Assembly: GCA_013239625.1 (NCBI GenBank)
Contig: MU056000.1
Location: forward strand, 744,001-808,000
Reading direction: 5' to 3'
DNA length: 64,000 bases
DNA from: Lama guanicoe
Lineage: Eukaryota
Part shown: piece after piece, positions 1 through 13,600 of the stretch
Position numbering within the stretch: the stretch's first letter is position 1
Layout of the letters: each line of letters begins with the position of its first letter
Translations under genes and position numbers: made by a program
The notes under the pieces: generated by a model
Databases searched by the model: none
The model's input: the letters and a program-made list of their open reading frames with translations, nothing else
What the model was told of the DNA's origin: nothing

Positions 1-2409
1 GTGCTGTCCTTGCCTGAACTGGGCTGGTGTGGGTTGTGTCCTGAGGGGCTCGGGAGGTGGCCTCTGGACCCCTCTGCCGTCTGCGAGGTGCTGGCTGTCC
101 CCTGTGGCCTCCCCCTCATTGATGACCAGCCTCCCGGAAGGAGAATCAGTGAGACCACAGGTTTCGGCCTCAGAACACACAGCCCTGTTATTATCTTGCA
201 AAACGCCAGGGAAGCCTTCCCACAGAGCTTCTAATATGACTTGGTGTCAATATTGGAAACCTATTTTTGAACAAATACTAGATTCTCTTCTCTGGAACTC
301 GTGGGGGAGCCAAACAGCTCTTGAAGGCTGAGAAGCTTATGGAAATAGCTCTTGGTGGCAGGAAGAGGCTGGTTCAGGGTGGCTGTGTCACTTTGTCCCC
401 TTCCTCGGGCTCTGACGTTTTGTCTAAGCTCCGGCCCTAGGCCCTGTTCTGGCTATGATCGCCCCCCTGACTGGGGCCAGCACAGAAGCTCTGGGGCTTC
501 TACACTGAAACCCAGCTGCAAGGGTGGAGGTCGCTGCAGGATAGGGCACCGCGGGCTCCCAGACCTGCTGCAGGTGCGGACAACACCCACCGCCAGGTGC
601 ACACGGGGAGCAGGGGCCCGGGTCCCAGGGGGGCTGCTTCTACGCAGGGCCAGCCCCAGCGGCCCCGGACAGGACCGTGTCCCAAGGTTTAAAGAGAATA
701 AATGCGTTTGATGGCCCCGTGCGGGGACCTGGGCAGACATGACCCAGCTCAGTAACCCACAGCCTGCCCCAGATGGGCAGTTCGCAGATGAGGGTTTGGA
801 GGCAGGGAGCGTCTGGGGCTGGGGGCTGGGCTCCTGGCCACCCTGAGCTTCCCGCGTGGCCCACTGTGGCCCCCAGGGCCCTCACGGCCCCCCTCCCTGC
901 CAGTGTGTAAAGGGCTGGGTAGTGGAGGCCAGGAAGGTCTGCCAGGAAGGCGGCGGGAGGAGGCACCTGAGGAGTTGTTGGGGGTGCTGGGCCCTTCACG
1001 GACAGCTGGGGACTGGGCCGCGGGCCCTGGAGTCTGCCTGTCCACCCGCGGCCCTGGGAAGGCGTGGGGCTGCTGCACCCCCCCGTGGCAGAAGCAGCGG
1101 GTCCGGGGGTCCCTCTGGGGAGGAGGCCCTGCAAACCAGAGTGGTCAGTGGGGAGAGGTGGCCTCCAGCAAGACCACGTGGAGCTGCGGGCAGCGTGCAC
1201 GTTCAGAGTAAGGGCCCCACGCGCTGAGGTCGCACTTGCAGAAAGAAAGGAGGGTCGGGGCTTAGGGTGTGAGCTGGGGGCAGGGCAGGGCGGGAGAGAG
1301 GAGACTCAGCCGAGGGAGCGGCCGGGGCGGCTGCGCCTGGGCCCCTGCGGGGTTGGGTGGGCGTGCGGAGCACTGTCCCCCAGCCCGGCCTCTCCGACTG
1401 ACCGCCCCACCTCGGGCCGGGCCTCGAAGGTGCTAAGCTCGTGGAGAGCTCTCGGAGGGGCTGCTTTCAAGCTAGACTGTTCAGGCAGCCCTTGGTATCG
1501 TGTCGCAGGGTGAGTGCAGCCCTTGCTCAGCGGACTTTGAGTTTCAGATGTCTCCAACTGCGAGACCGGCCGCTCAGGAAAGCTCTTCGTGGGGTTCAGT
1601 GTGGGGGGCACAAGCGTTCACTCTGACCCCTCCACACGCCACCCAGGACTTGGGGAACAGGAGACAATCTGCTTGTTAAACAGATACATTTCACTGAATA
1701 AACCGTCCGTGTGATGCCGTCCCCAGGGGCGTCACCCCGCCGCACCTCCCCAGAGCTGGTGCACAATCACGTGACTGACAGCAATGAAACTGACTGAGGG
1801 AGGTGGAACCCACTTGGGAGGGGCCGGGCTGCTCTGTCGGGGTCGGGGGGGACCCTGCGTCCGAGAGCCTCGCCCGGCTGTAGCCGTCCGTCCCCGATGG
1901 GCTTCCCAGGCCGCTCACTTACGGCTGCTCACAGCTGGACGCGTTCTGAGGCAGCTCCCGGTCACGATGTCCGGTGCCAGCCAGCGGGCTGACTTGTCCT
2001 AACCGTTCAGCTTTCTCTTCCTTTACGTCTTCCCTCGAAGTCTACGTCCAGCCTGACTTCAAGCTGAGGCTTTCCAGCTCTCCGCTGGCGGCCTCCGGTT
2101 TTCACGTCTCTGTTACTTTGACCTCGAGATTTGCCCCTTGAAAGCTGACTTAAGGCCTCGCCGTGTGTGCAGCTGAGTGTCTTTCCTCCAGAAGAGTGGG
2201 AGCCCTGGTGGCCTGTCCCTTGTCCCCACTTGAATGAATCTGACCAGCACTGTCCACACCTCCGTCTTTGTGAGGTTCTGGTGGCACCACCAAGCAGCCT
2301 GGTTCTCCAAAACCAGCAAGGCACAGGCACCGGGCCACCAGCCCACGTCCACGCTTGGCCAGCACAGCAGAGGGTTAATGCTGCCCGAGTAAGGTCTGGC
2401 CGTCCGCCC

Positions 2410-2775
2410 TGGCTCTAAGCCCTGGCGAGTCCGGCCTGATAACAGCGTCCTTGCTTCCCTGGCCACGTGGTGTCGGCCGGACCTCAGGCTGCAGACTCGA
2501 GTCAGCCATGCCATGTGACTGCACTCCAGGGCTCGGGCCGCGTGCCCTGGCCATCAGTGCTCGAGTGTGTTGTCACGTCCAGGACTTCATGGACGAGGAC
2601 CACTGGGAGCTCACGTCTGGCCTCCTCTGGGCCCTGCCTTTGCGTCTCCTCCCCCTGCTGCTTGTAACCTGGGCGCTTCGGCTGTCATAAGTCAGGACTT
2701 CAATTTTGCTGAGCTGAGACCTTCTGGTGAGTCACTGAACCTGAGGGTGGTCCCAGGACCCTCGCCCTGCACAGC
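2410..2775 (+). mobile_element. Degenerate ERVL-class solo LTR (MER21/MER68/MER77-like)
   Basis: 3' motif ...ggtgagtcactgaacctgagggtggtcccaggaccc... resembles this LTR group; family is tentative. Confidence 0.45.
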
Positions 2776-2875
2776 ACCAGCAGCAGCCTCAGAGCATCGC
2801 CTGGAAGCGCCCGGTGCCTGGACATAGAGCAGGCCTGGGGGCGGGGACACACAGTGGGACAGTGACCCCCGCCTC

Positions 2876-3013
2876 NNNNNNNNNNNNNNNNNNNNNNNNN
2901 NNNNNNNNNNNNNNNNNNNNNNNNNNNNNNNNNNNNNNNNNNNNNNNNNNNNNNNNNNNNNNNNNNNNNNNNNNNNNNNNNNNNNNNNNNNNNNNNNNNN
3001 NNNNNNNNNNNNN
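2876..3013. other. Assembly gap (138 N)
   Basis: Run of N. Confidence 1.
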
Positions 3014-4879
3014 GGACCCAGGGGACAGGGCCGGCTGCTGGGGGCCCAGATGGTGACAGACGTGGAGCGGCGGCCGTTGGATGCCCCACACCTGAGGGTG
3101 CACCTGTGGAGACAGGGGCTGAGAAGGGGGTGGGCGCGGTGGCCTGATGATGGAGGGAGGCTGGGGACGGCAGAGCAGGGTGTGGGGAGCCCGCGGAGGA
3201 GGACGGCCTCACAGGTCGCCGAGGCCTCTGCAGGAGCAGCGACAGCTCATGGGCAGTGGACGGAGAGGGCAGAAGCCTTCCGAGGAGGAGGACCTCTGCT
3301 CTCTCAGGCAGGTGTGCGGGCGGCCCCTGGGGTAGGGGCACGGACGCCCGCGGTCTGAGGATGGTGTGCGCTGTGACAGCAGTGGGCGGGAGCTCTTGCT
3401 GGGTTCAGGTGGTGGGGCTTTAAAGTGACGTTAGGGTTAAGCATGGTCGCTGGGTGTGGTGCATTCAGAGTCTTGAGTGTGGTTTGAAGCCCTTTGGAGC
3501 AGGACGGTGGGGCTCCCCAGGGCTGCGTCTTTGTCAGGTGAGCGCCCGGGAGGGGCTGAACGCTTTGAGGGGAGGGCTCAGGGTCTGCACTGAAGAGAAG
3601 TCGGGGAACCCGAGCTGGCCGACGTCTGGGGCGGCAGTGGTTAGACTAGTGACCCCAGAGGACCAGAAGGACAGCCAGAGAGTGGGTGGGGCGCCGAGGA
3701 GGTCTACCAGGCTGGGAGGTCGAGAATGGGTGGTCAGGAGGCTGGTTCCCACAGGAGTGGGAAGCCCCAAGGCTGAGGAGGGAGAGCAGAGGGACCTAGG
3801 ACGGGGGGAGGGTCCGCAGAGGGGATCGTGCTCAGCGCGGCGCGGAGACCGCCGTCCAGGGTGGGCAAGGGCCCCAGGTCACCCCCACAGTAGAGTGAGG
3901 GGTGAGTCAGGGAAGGGGGAGGCGGGGTGGGATTGGGCCAAGAAGCAGGGAGGCCGGGGTCGCGCCGGGGGGAGGAGACAGATACTGGGGAGGTGTGAAT
4001 ACGCCTGCCCGCCCTCCTTCCCGCTCCACCTCAGTGTCAAAGCCAGCGTTGGGTCTGCAAGCCAGGTGCCGCCACGGGTCGGGCAGCCCCGGAAATCACG
4101 TTCACTGTTGCCCTTGCCACCACCTGCCTCGCTGTCCACCTGAGGCCCCTGGTCCCCTCCCTGGGGGGGACCAGGCCCAGAGGCTGCTTCGGCCACTTGT
4201 GGGCCTTCGTCTGGTCGCCCCAGTGACAGGGCAGTTGGGGTGTGCTGGGTGCTGGATGCCCTCGCCCGCAGGGAGGTTTGGAAGGTCTTGCCAGATGCAC
4301 AGTGAAAACTTGAGCCCGGATTCTGATTAATTACATACACACTCACATAAGTTTTGCATCTTTTAACGTAGTCTGATTTTTCTAGGAATTTTCAGTAAGA
4401 TGCGGGAGGGTGGATGGTACCTGGCTTTGTTGAGAGCACCTAGGGTGGTCATCACTCTGGATGGCCGGGCACTCATGGGTCACCTGCCCTCACCACTGTG
4501 GCAGCCCTGGGCATCTGTGATTGGGGATCTGGTCTCACACCTCGACGTGCAGCCGGGCTGCCTGGCGCACCCCGCCCGAGGACGCCCCCGAGGCTCCCTC
4601 TCTCTGGATCCTTTGGCTCCAGGAGACCACAGAGAAGAAACATCCTCTAGAAACCGGGCGTGTGAAGTGCAAGGAAGGGGCTGGCCTTAGAGCCCTCCCC
4701 TCCCACTCAGAAGCCGCGTCTTCCCTGTAATTCGGGGGTGTAAGTCCATGCCGAGCCTAAACTGGGGTTGGAGGTCGAGCATGTCCCAGCTCAGCGGGGT
4801 CAGCTGCTGCCGGGAGGGGGCCCCCGGGATGGCACTTGGAGATCTGAAACAAGACCCAAGAGAGGCCTGGGGTTTTTGC

Positions 4880-5400
4880 AAAAAGTTTGCATCTGATAAA
4901 GGATTGTTGTCCGACACACAAAGAACGCTTCGCACTCGATAGTAACAAACAAGCAAGCCCGTGTGGAAAACGGGAAAGGGCCTGAGTGTACACCTTGCCA
5001 AAGAAGATGAGCGGATGGCAAACCTGAGTGCGAAGATGCCCCACACCCTGTGTGTGAGTTAAAGCGTTGACGAGCAACGTCCAGACGCTGACAGCGGCGA
5101 TCACTGACCAGGATGTGGAGCCGTGGGAACGCGCGCTTGTCCGCTGCTGGTGGGAAAGCAACATGGTCCAGCCTCGTGGAATACAGTTTCCAGTGTTTGA
5201 CAAATTCAAGCCTCCTCTTACCATGTGACCCAGCAGTCACATGCCGTATCTACCCAAAGGAGGTGAACACTTATGTCCACACAAAAACGTGCATGTGGAC
5301 GCGCACGGCAGCTTTACTTGTAATCGCCAAAGCTTGGAAATGTGGCGGATGTGAATCTGGGGAGATGCCATTCAACGCAGTGTGACTGGTGGTCACGGCG
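4880..5400 (+). mobile_element. Old LINE-1 (L1M) ORF2 3' fragment
   Basis: Motifs tctgataaaggattg, ccatgtgacccagca, tatgtccacacaaaaac, gcagctttacttgtaatcgccaaa..ctggaaa. Confidence 0.75.
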
Positions 5401-6169
5401 GCCGTGACATAACCACACAAACAGCGGAATTATTCCGAATGACTTTTGAGCCCAGCACTCACAGTGCGCACCCTTAGTGGGACATGCTCCAAAGACAGAA
5501 GAGGATCTTTCATTTTAGTCTTATGTTCTGATTGTTCACTTTGAAATGATTTAGGACTTATGAAAAAGGTGCAGAAGCCGTGCAGAGAATCCCAGCGTAG
5601 CCTGCAGCCAGCTCCCCGGAGCCGACGTCTCAGTCACCGCAGCCTGCTGCTCACGGCCGGGGGTCGCAGCGACGCGGCGCCGTTTCCCATTAGCACCGAG
5701 GCGATGCAGCCGTATCTGGACGTCTTTTCAGAGCCAGGACCCAAGCCGGGACACGCACTGCGCTTAGTTGTCATGTCCCCATGGTCTGTGGTTTCCTCAC
5801 GGCCACGTGGGGGATGTGCCCCTAGCAGAGCCCACAGGGGCGACGCTGGCCCTCCGGGGGCCTCTGGTGCGGCGTCCACGTTGGCGTGCCCTCCCGCCTG
5901 GGGCGCGGGCGCCTGCTCCCCTGTGACGGCGCTGCCTTCCCGTCCGTCTCCTCGGTGGGAGACTAAGTGCCCGTCTCACTCCTCGTCCTGTTTCTCCCTC
6001 GGATCTTTACATCCTGATGCCTCGTCTGAAACGGGGGTCGCTGTGGCGTCGGCCCGCGGCCCCGCTGCGCTTGTGGGCCAGGGCCCTGTCGGGGGGCCGG
6101 CTCCGCCTCCCTCCTGGCTGCGTGCTCACCGCTGGGCGTTAGTCCTGTTGGCCTGCGCGTCCATGTGCC

Positions 6170-6440
6170 CCAAACCCGTGTGTTGGGGGGATCAGGAGGC
6201 GCTCCCCCTTATTAGGTTTACATGGGGTTTACATGGGGCTGGGCAGGGGGCCCCCGGGGGGACAGTGACTCTCCCTCCACTGTGCGAGGCTGGCCGGCGC
6301 CGCCTGCGCACAGAGGCCTCGCCCGCGCCTGCCCTCCCCGCACCCTGGTCCCGGCCTCCAGCCTCCAAGGTTGTGAGAAACCAGTGTCTGTCGTTTATAA
6401 ACCGCCCTGGCGGTGATGTCTGTCACAGCAGCTGGAGCTG
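6170..6440 (+). mobile_element. MaLR MLT1-like LTR fragment
   Basis: gcctccaaggttgtgagaaaccagtgtctgtcgtttataaacc...gtcacagcagc resembles the MLT1 3' end. Confidence 0.55.
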
Positions 6441-9059
6441 AGGGAGGAGGACGGCGTCCGTCGCTGCCGTCCTTACGAGGGGGATTTTTGCTCAGACCGT
6501 CCCGGTGTGGCCTTTGGAAGCCCCTCAGAGCAGCGCTGTCCTTCCCATGCGCCCCCATCCTCAGCTTGTGGCCCCACAAGACGCTCCAGGCTCCCCGCCG
6601 CCTTCTGGGCCTGAGCTCAGGGATCAGCGGTTTCTCCCAGGAGCCCCGAAGCCTCTCGCTGGAGAAGAATTGGGGCTCCGGGGGGCTCTGTGCCCACCCG
6701 GGTGCCACAGCCTCTCGGACGCAGAGCTCAGAACATGCTTCCCACACACCTGAGTCCAGTTCTCCGCCGTCCACCCGCCCAGCTGTCCGCGTGTGCACGC
6801 ACGTGTCTGTGTTCAAACCCTGCGTGCGCTGACCCCCCCACGGCAGCCCCACTCCCTCTCACCGCCTCCCTCCTTCCCTGGGGCCCTTCCTGCGGTGTGA
6901 GACGCTGCCTGCAGGGCCTCGCGCCGGGAAGGGCTTCGTTTACCGCTCCGTTGTTGCCGTCCTGAAACCCTCAGTGCGTCTGGAACGAGGGCCCCGTGTT
7001 CTCATTTTGTACCAAGCCTGCAAATTATGCGGCCGTTCTGATTACCCATGTGTTTGCCTGCTTGCTGAGTTCTAGAATAAATAAGAGTAATTTCAGGATT
7101 GTAACTCATCTCCGTGCAAAACACATCTCCTAAGGCACGGTCCTGTCTCTCGGTTCGCAGTCCAAATACTGTCCCCCGAGACCCAGGTCGGGCCGGGGTC
7201 TGCTGTCCCTCTGTCTCACCTGGCCTGGGTCGACACACCCTTGGCCAGTGGATGGTCGGCCCCCTGGCAGGGAGGCCGAGGTAGAAGGGGCAGGCCGGGG
7301 GGGCGGGGGAGCTCCAGCCAGGCAGTGGGAGTGCTGGCCCATCTGGATGGACAGGGGCCTGGCGAGGGCACCTGGTCACCCAGGTGCTCGATTATAGAGA
7401 AACTGACCTCAGAAAAGGGGCAGTGGCTGGTGAGCACCACTCCCGAGGAAAGGCGGAGGGTCGGTGGGGGGAGCAGTGTGGGCACAGCCCCCAGCACCAG
7501 ACGGCCGAGGGCCCCTCCTCCTGCAGGACGAGCAGGCAGCAGTCTCAGTAGGGTCAGACGTGACTGTCCGGGTGGCCGGCCCTCTGGTGGCCCCGCAGAG
7601 ATGCTCGTGTCCTGCTGAGTCCGACGCGCCTTGCCCGTCACTGCGGTGAGCAGGATCTGTAAACGCTGCGTGGGCCTCCGCCTCCTCGTCAGCGCATCCT
7701 GGAAGACTAACGTCGGAGGGTTTGCACCATCCGGACGTACCTCCTTCGTGGAGCACACGCTGTGTTTCGCACATGAACGTGCGGCTGATCCTCCACGGCT
7801 CCGGTTCCCACGGGCGCAGGGTGAGTGCCGGGGGACCGAAGCCCCTCTAGTGGGGTCTGTGCCAAGGCTCCGGCCGCCCCGCGCTGCTGCCCTAACTGCT
7901 GTGCTGTCTGGACGGCTGACCACCCGCCTTCACTTCAGCCAACGGCTGCTCCCGAGACCTCACTGCCCGGTGACAGCGCTGTGTCCTTGTGGCTCCTCTC
8001 TGGCTCCGGTTCCCCGATCCATGTGTGGGGAGGAGATCCAGGCCCTTCCACCCGTAACCCCGCGCCAAACAGTGCGTGTGGGCCAGTGCAAGCACACACT
8101 CCACACGCATGCACATGCTCACGTGTGTGCCCACACCTCCACACACATGCAGAACACTCACATGTGTGCACACACAAGCTCTGACACGTGGAAGAGCACA
8201 CCTCACACGTGCAGCACGCCCAAACACCCGTGCACGGGGCTTGCATACGCACACAAGGCACTGACATGCTCGTGTGCACACACGCCTGCACGGCACACAC
8301 GCCTGAGCCACTCACTTAACCCTGTGACAGGGTGTCTCCACCGCGACACCAGTGACACTGATGGAAATCCCCTTTCCGAGGGGTGTCCTGCGCTCCAGGG
8401 CAGAGGGGTCAGACGTGGACCAGTTGGCGTCCCGGCGTCAGGCGGGAGGACTCGGGACCGGCCTGGGGCCTGCCCTGCGGCTGAAGCTCAGGAAGAGGAG
8501 GATGCGTTGGCTCCGTCCCCTGGCGCGCCTGCTGCGGAGGGCCTCGGGGCCGTCTCAGGGCCCAGGCGCAGCCTCCGTCCCAAGCAGGACGCAGACAAGC
8601 CCGTCGGTCGCATCCACACGGTCTTCCTCGGACTCGCCACTGCAGGCAGGAGGCGGTTTACCTCCAGGCCCGGTGCCCGCGTCACTTGCGCACGAGCCGC
8701 TGAACAAAAGTCCCCTGAAGCACCTCCCGCCCTTGTTACACGCGACGCGCATGCGCCTTCCAGTTTATTGAAGCAGTGTCGCGCCCTCAGTGTTGATCCC
8801 CCATCACTGACGGTCACGACCTGCAGGCCCTGCTCCTGTATTTCAGGCGGGGCTCTCGGGCCGGGCAGCGGGTGCAGTCCCTGCCTGCCGGCCGTGCTGG
8901 CCGCCGTCGCTGGGGCAGGCCCCCTCACAGCAGCGGAGCATCCGGGCCGGTGCGGTTACTAGAGAGCCCCGGGGCGTGGCCGCGAGCGCCTGCTGTGCCT
9001 CACAGGTCCCTGGCACTCAGTAGGGTGTGGGTGTTCACCGAGCGGAGAGATGGGGGCTG

Positions 9060-9310
9060 TGAGAGTGCTGGGGCTGCGGAACCCTGTCCTGGAGGCCAGA
9101 AGGCTGAGGTCAAGGTGTCACTGGGGGTGGTTCCTTCCAAGGCTTCAGGGGAAGTCTGTGCCAGGCCCGTCTCTGGCCTCTGTGATCTGCAGGCGTCCTT
9201 ACCTTCAGAAGCGCCGCTGACAGCGAGACCATGTTTCCTGGGTCGAGAGCCCCCTCTCTGGGTCTCAGGCCGCGCCCATCTGGGGCCGGACCTGGCAAGG
9301 ACCGCGTCCA
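9060..9310 (-). mobile_element. MaLR MLT1-like LTR fragment
   Basis: ctggaggccagaaggctgaggtcaaggtgtca...gttccttccaaggcttcagggg. Confidence 0.55.
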
Positions 9311-10559
9311 TGCCCCCAGCTCACTGGCAGGAGCGGCTTCTCGCCGCTGTGGGCAGGGCTTTCTTGCTGGCTGTTGGCAGGAGGCTGCTCACTGCTGACA
9401 GTCTTGGGGTGGCTGGACCCCCAGTGGAGGCCCAGAGCAGAGGCAGCGCAGGGCGAGGGGAGGTGGTCACTCGGCCTGGCTCCGGGCACGTCTACTCTGA
9501 CAGCAACTGGAGACAGAGTCGAAGCTCGGGGGAGGGGATGTGAGCCAGCCCCTCGGAGGGGGTCGGAGTGGGGGGCAGAGGAGGAGCTCCCGCGAGGCCA
9601 GTGCACACGCACCCGTGGGGTCAGGATCTGGTTGTTGGCGAGGATGGCAGCCCGGGGAAGCCGCTCAGGGACCCGAAAGACTGGATGGCGGCCCGATGCT
9701 CAGAGAGTGACAGCGCTCTGCTGGGGGCGGGGGGGGGAGGGGGGCCGAGCTCCTTCCCCACCCGCCCCGTCTGCTCCAGGGTGACAGGCCTGATGTGGGC
9801 GTGGGCCTTGGCTGAGGCTCCGACACTGAGAGTGGTCTCACCCCCCATCCACTGGAACCTTCCAGTCCTTCCTTTCTTGAATCTCATTTTGTGCAGTTTT
9901 AATTTGAAAGCCTATTTTGGGGTAAAAGTCTGTTGTTTTGAGAAAATACGGAAGAGTTTCTTGATTTGAGCCCAAACACAGGGATGGATTTTTCCAGCCG
10001 ACAACGAGGAGGTGGAAGATCTTCCCAGCAAGGCACCTCAGCACCCCCGCAGAGCAGGTGTTTAAACCTGACTCCGCACCTGGGCCAGGGGACTCACCGG
10101 GCGCCTCCAATCTCCCCCGGCGTCGCGTCCACGGCCTTCCCACCACTCCGACGTGGTGCGAGGGCCGGGTCTTGGAGCCCAGGCTGTGGGCGCTCAGTCT
10201 GCTGAGTGTGAGGGGCCTGTGGTTTGCAGGTTCTCCAAGGGGCTCCCGGAGCGGGGGGACCGTGTGCCCCGCTGGCGTCATCCACTCCCTCCTTCCTGCC
10301 AGAGAGCCGCTTCCTCCCCGGGCCCCGGGTGGCTGCTGTGGACGCTGCAAGCCGGAGCAGGCCCCTCCTGGCCGAGGCGGCGCCCACGTCCCTGGAGCGC
10401 AGGCCTCCCCGGGGCAGGGGTTAGGGCCTGCTGTGCTGATGCTGCCCACAAGGCAACCGCGCTGCGGAAACAACACATCCCTTCCGCTAAATTTGCATTT
10501 CTGAAGTCAGGTGGGGCTGGATAAACGAGCTATTAACTGGATTAGGAACAACTTTTCTG

Positions 10560-10690
10560 GGGCGAGGGTGTAGCCAGTGGTAGAGCACGTGCTTAGCACA
10601 CACGAGTCCTGGGTTCAGTCCCCAGCACCTCCGTTAAAAAAAAATAGCAAATAAATACATACCCCCCCAAAACCAAACCACCACAACGAA
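10560..10690 (+). mobile_element. tRNA-derived SINE, resembles camelid Vic-1
   Basis: A box (tagccagtgg), B box (gggttcagtccc), A-rich tail, and degenerate TSD aacaacttttctg (10547-10559) / aacaaagtttctg (10691-10703). Confidence 0.8.
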
Positions 10691-13600
10691 AACAAAGTTT
10701 CTGCATGCTGGCAACAACCAGCAAGTGTACCGGGAGCTGTCACCTCGCTGGCTGAGGCGCTGCTGAGGGCCGACGGACCTGCGTCACGCCAGCAGCCGTG
10801 CCCGCCCAGGACGGCCCAGCACCTGCTGTGTTCCAGCTCGTCCATCCTTTCACAGCCGAGCGGCGGGCGCAGGGAGCCCCTGAAACAGACGGCAAACCGA
10901 GGCCCGGCGGCCAGGGACCCCGCCCGGGCCACACAGGGCCAGTGGTTCACTGGCCCCAGCCCTGCCCTTACCTCCTGCCCCCCCGGCCCCCCAACAGCCG
11001 ACCGCTCCACCGGGAGACAAAGTGAGGGGTGAGCACCGGCAGCCCGGCGTCACTGCAGGGGCAGAGCCCTGAGCACCCGAGGCCGCACAGGTTACCTTCC
11101 AGGGGCCGCGTCTACTTTGCCGCCTTGGGACTGAGTCTGCCAGTGACTCCTGCCTCCCTTCTGAGCTTTCAGAATGATCTCTTTTGATATAACGGAGCAT
11201 TTTAGAATTTCAGACTTGGCTTCCCTGTGTGAGAAAGGCTTAAGGGGTATCAGAGCACTTAACGGCCGGTGGGTCATCACACCGCCTTTGAACACACTGT
11301 TAATGAATTATTTATTGAACAGCAACCCCAAATATCACCCTCAGACCCCAGCGAGGAGTGAGAGGGCTCTGCGGGCGCAGCGCGGGTGTGTGATCCGTGC
11401 CCCAGGCGGGCCTTAACGCAGAGACACGTTCTGCCTGACGGAACCCTTCGTCCACACGACAAAGACCTTTAAGGGAAGAGGAGCTGAGCTTCCGCAATAA
11501 GTACTTGAGATTATCTACATTCTAGGCAAATAGGCTCAGCGCACGAGTCAACACAGACTCGATTTAAACGCTCAGTCATATAAATGGAGGCCTTTGGCCC
11601 TCAGTCTGGAACAGCGACTTTTCCAAGAAAGCGATGCTGTTGGTGTTTTCCTCTGAGCCACCTCTTCGCTCCGAGGGCCCCTTGAGGCTGCAGTGGTCAG
11701 AGGGCAGCCTCCCAGAGAGTGCCGCCCCGTGTCACGAGGGTCCCTGTACTCATCCGAGCCCCCAGGACACCCAGGGGAGGCCGGGAAAAGAGAGGATGTC
11801 CCTGCACCACGGGGACGATGATGGGCGCCTGGGGGGTGTCGAGGGGTCTGCAAACCACATCCAGTTTCCGAGTTCTGTTCTTCCAACCCCAAGGGTCTCA
11901 GACTCTCATCTGTGTAAGAAACTGCCCGTTTTCCCGGGATATCTGGCCCTGGATGATGGCACAAGAAAGGGGTATCGTGACTGGCTGGGCTGGTGACCCT
12001 CCCCCTGGCAAGCCCCTGGCTCTCAGCCTTGAGCAGGGGCTGCTGGGCAGTGGGCCATCAGGGGACGGGTTGTGGTGAGGACAGGGCAGTTCCTGAGCCA
12101 TCATCACCTGCCAGCCTCCCCTGCGGCTGGTGTGGCACCTGTGGCCTCAGCCCTGGTGGTGGCTGTGGGAGGCACGGGCTGGGCGTTGGGCCACTGGTCT
12201 CTGCTGTGGTCAGTGTGGGGGCAACAGGGATGCAGATCTGCCCCCAGGCTGGCTGTCCGCGTCCCCGGTGCAGCCCCCCAGCCAGTTCTGTGATGACCCT
12301 GTGTCCCCCTGGTGGAGGAGAGGTGGCCACTGCTGCCACCCCATTGATATGGCAGCTTGTACTTAAGTAAACAGCTACATACCTAACTTCGCAGGAAAGA
12401 ATCAGAGGTCCCGGCCCACGTGGGCCTCGTGTTTCCACGTGACTAACGTTCTCTGGAGTGAGCCGCCCTGAACTGCCCTCATTTTCATCACCTGCCCTCA
12501 CCTGGCCGGCCTGCCCTGGAGTCCGTGGCCCTGGCCCCCCAGCTGTCCATTCCCACTGCAGAGGGTGGAGGGCGTCTGCGCACGCCGGTCGTGTGGCACC
12601 GCACCGGGAAACGAGGTCGGTGCCCGGTACCCAGTGCCCTGGTCCCAGTGCCCTCTGCTCGGGGCACACGGTGGCCGCCGCCTGCTGGGACTCATGCAGT
12701 CTGCTCTCCTCAGCCCCACCCTGGGGGGCACCGTGGCTCCTCCGCTGACCTACCCGCCCTGGGCCTCCCTCCTCCCCAGCTCTGGGCCCGCCTTGCCCTG
12801 GCCCGCACAGGGGGACAGAGGGGCCCCGTGGGGCTGCAGCCTGGGGTGACCAGCCATCCGGGGAAGTGCAGGGCGGCCTGGGGTGGTCGCTCACTCTACC
12901 CAGGACAGGGCCCCAAACCTTTGACCGGAACTGCGAAGGCCTGTCTCCCCTCCCCGTTCCCCACCCACCCCCCATCTCCCTGTGTCTCTGTCGTTCTCTG
13001 TCTCTGACCTTTGGTCTCTGCCTCTCCTTCACGCAGGCGAGGTGCACACTTGAAACATTCCCCAAAGCAGAACTTGCCCTTCTCGGATGCACTGACTCTC
13101 ATATTTTCCGTTTTGCTAAATTAAGAGAAAAATCAATCCAGACTTACTAAACTGAAGTAGTCTGACGTTTTCCACTCTATGTAATGACGCCAAAGCTTGC
13201 CTGTCGTGGCCCAGGGCCAGGGGGGCACAGGTCACCTGGGGAGTGGTTCGGGGGCCAGCCCGCCCGGTTGCCTCAGGGCCAGCAGGTGGGCAGGTGGAGG
13301 CCGGTGTGAGGCCGTCAGCCTTGGCTTTGTTTTCCCGGCTCTGGGGCGAGCCCTCTGTGCAGCCAGCTGGTACTGGTGCCCAGTGGGGTGTCGGTCTGCA
13401 GGACCCTGGTCTGCTGGGGGGCACCTGTGCCTTGGGCTCTGTCCGCTGTGTCAGGGACCCGGGGTCCTGGGAGGAGGGGAGCAGGTGGGTTGCCCGGAGG
13501 AGGGGGCGTGGTGGCGTCTTCCACAGGGGACCACAGAACACAGGACTTGCTAATTAACTGTCTCGAAAAAGGTGACCTTTCCCTGCTGTCAGTGACCGGG

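Noticed and set aside
1-20. Partial REST/RE1-like motif on the minus strand (TTCAGGCAAGGACAGCAC)
   Set aside because: The left half-site lacks CACC and the spacing is wrong.
7631-8962. 443-aa ORF on the + strand
   Set aside because: Non-ATG (TTG) start, runs through a CA-rich low-complexity tract, Pro/Ala/Arg/Gly-biased with no recognisable domain; expected in stop-poor GC-rich DNA.
10560-10632. tRNA-like sequence
   Set aside because: A-rich tail, TSDs and imperfect stems indicate a SINE, not a tRNA gene.
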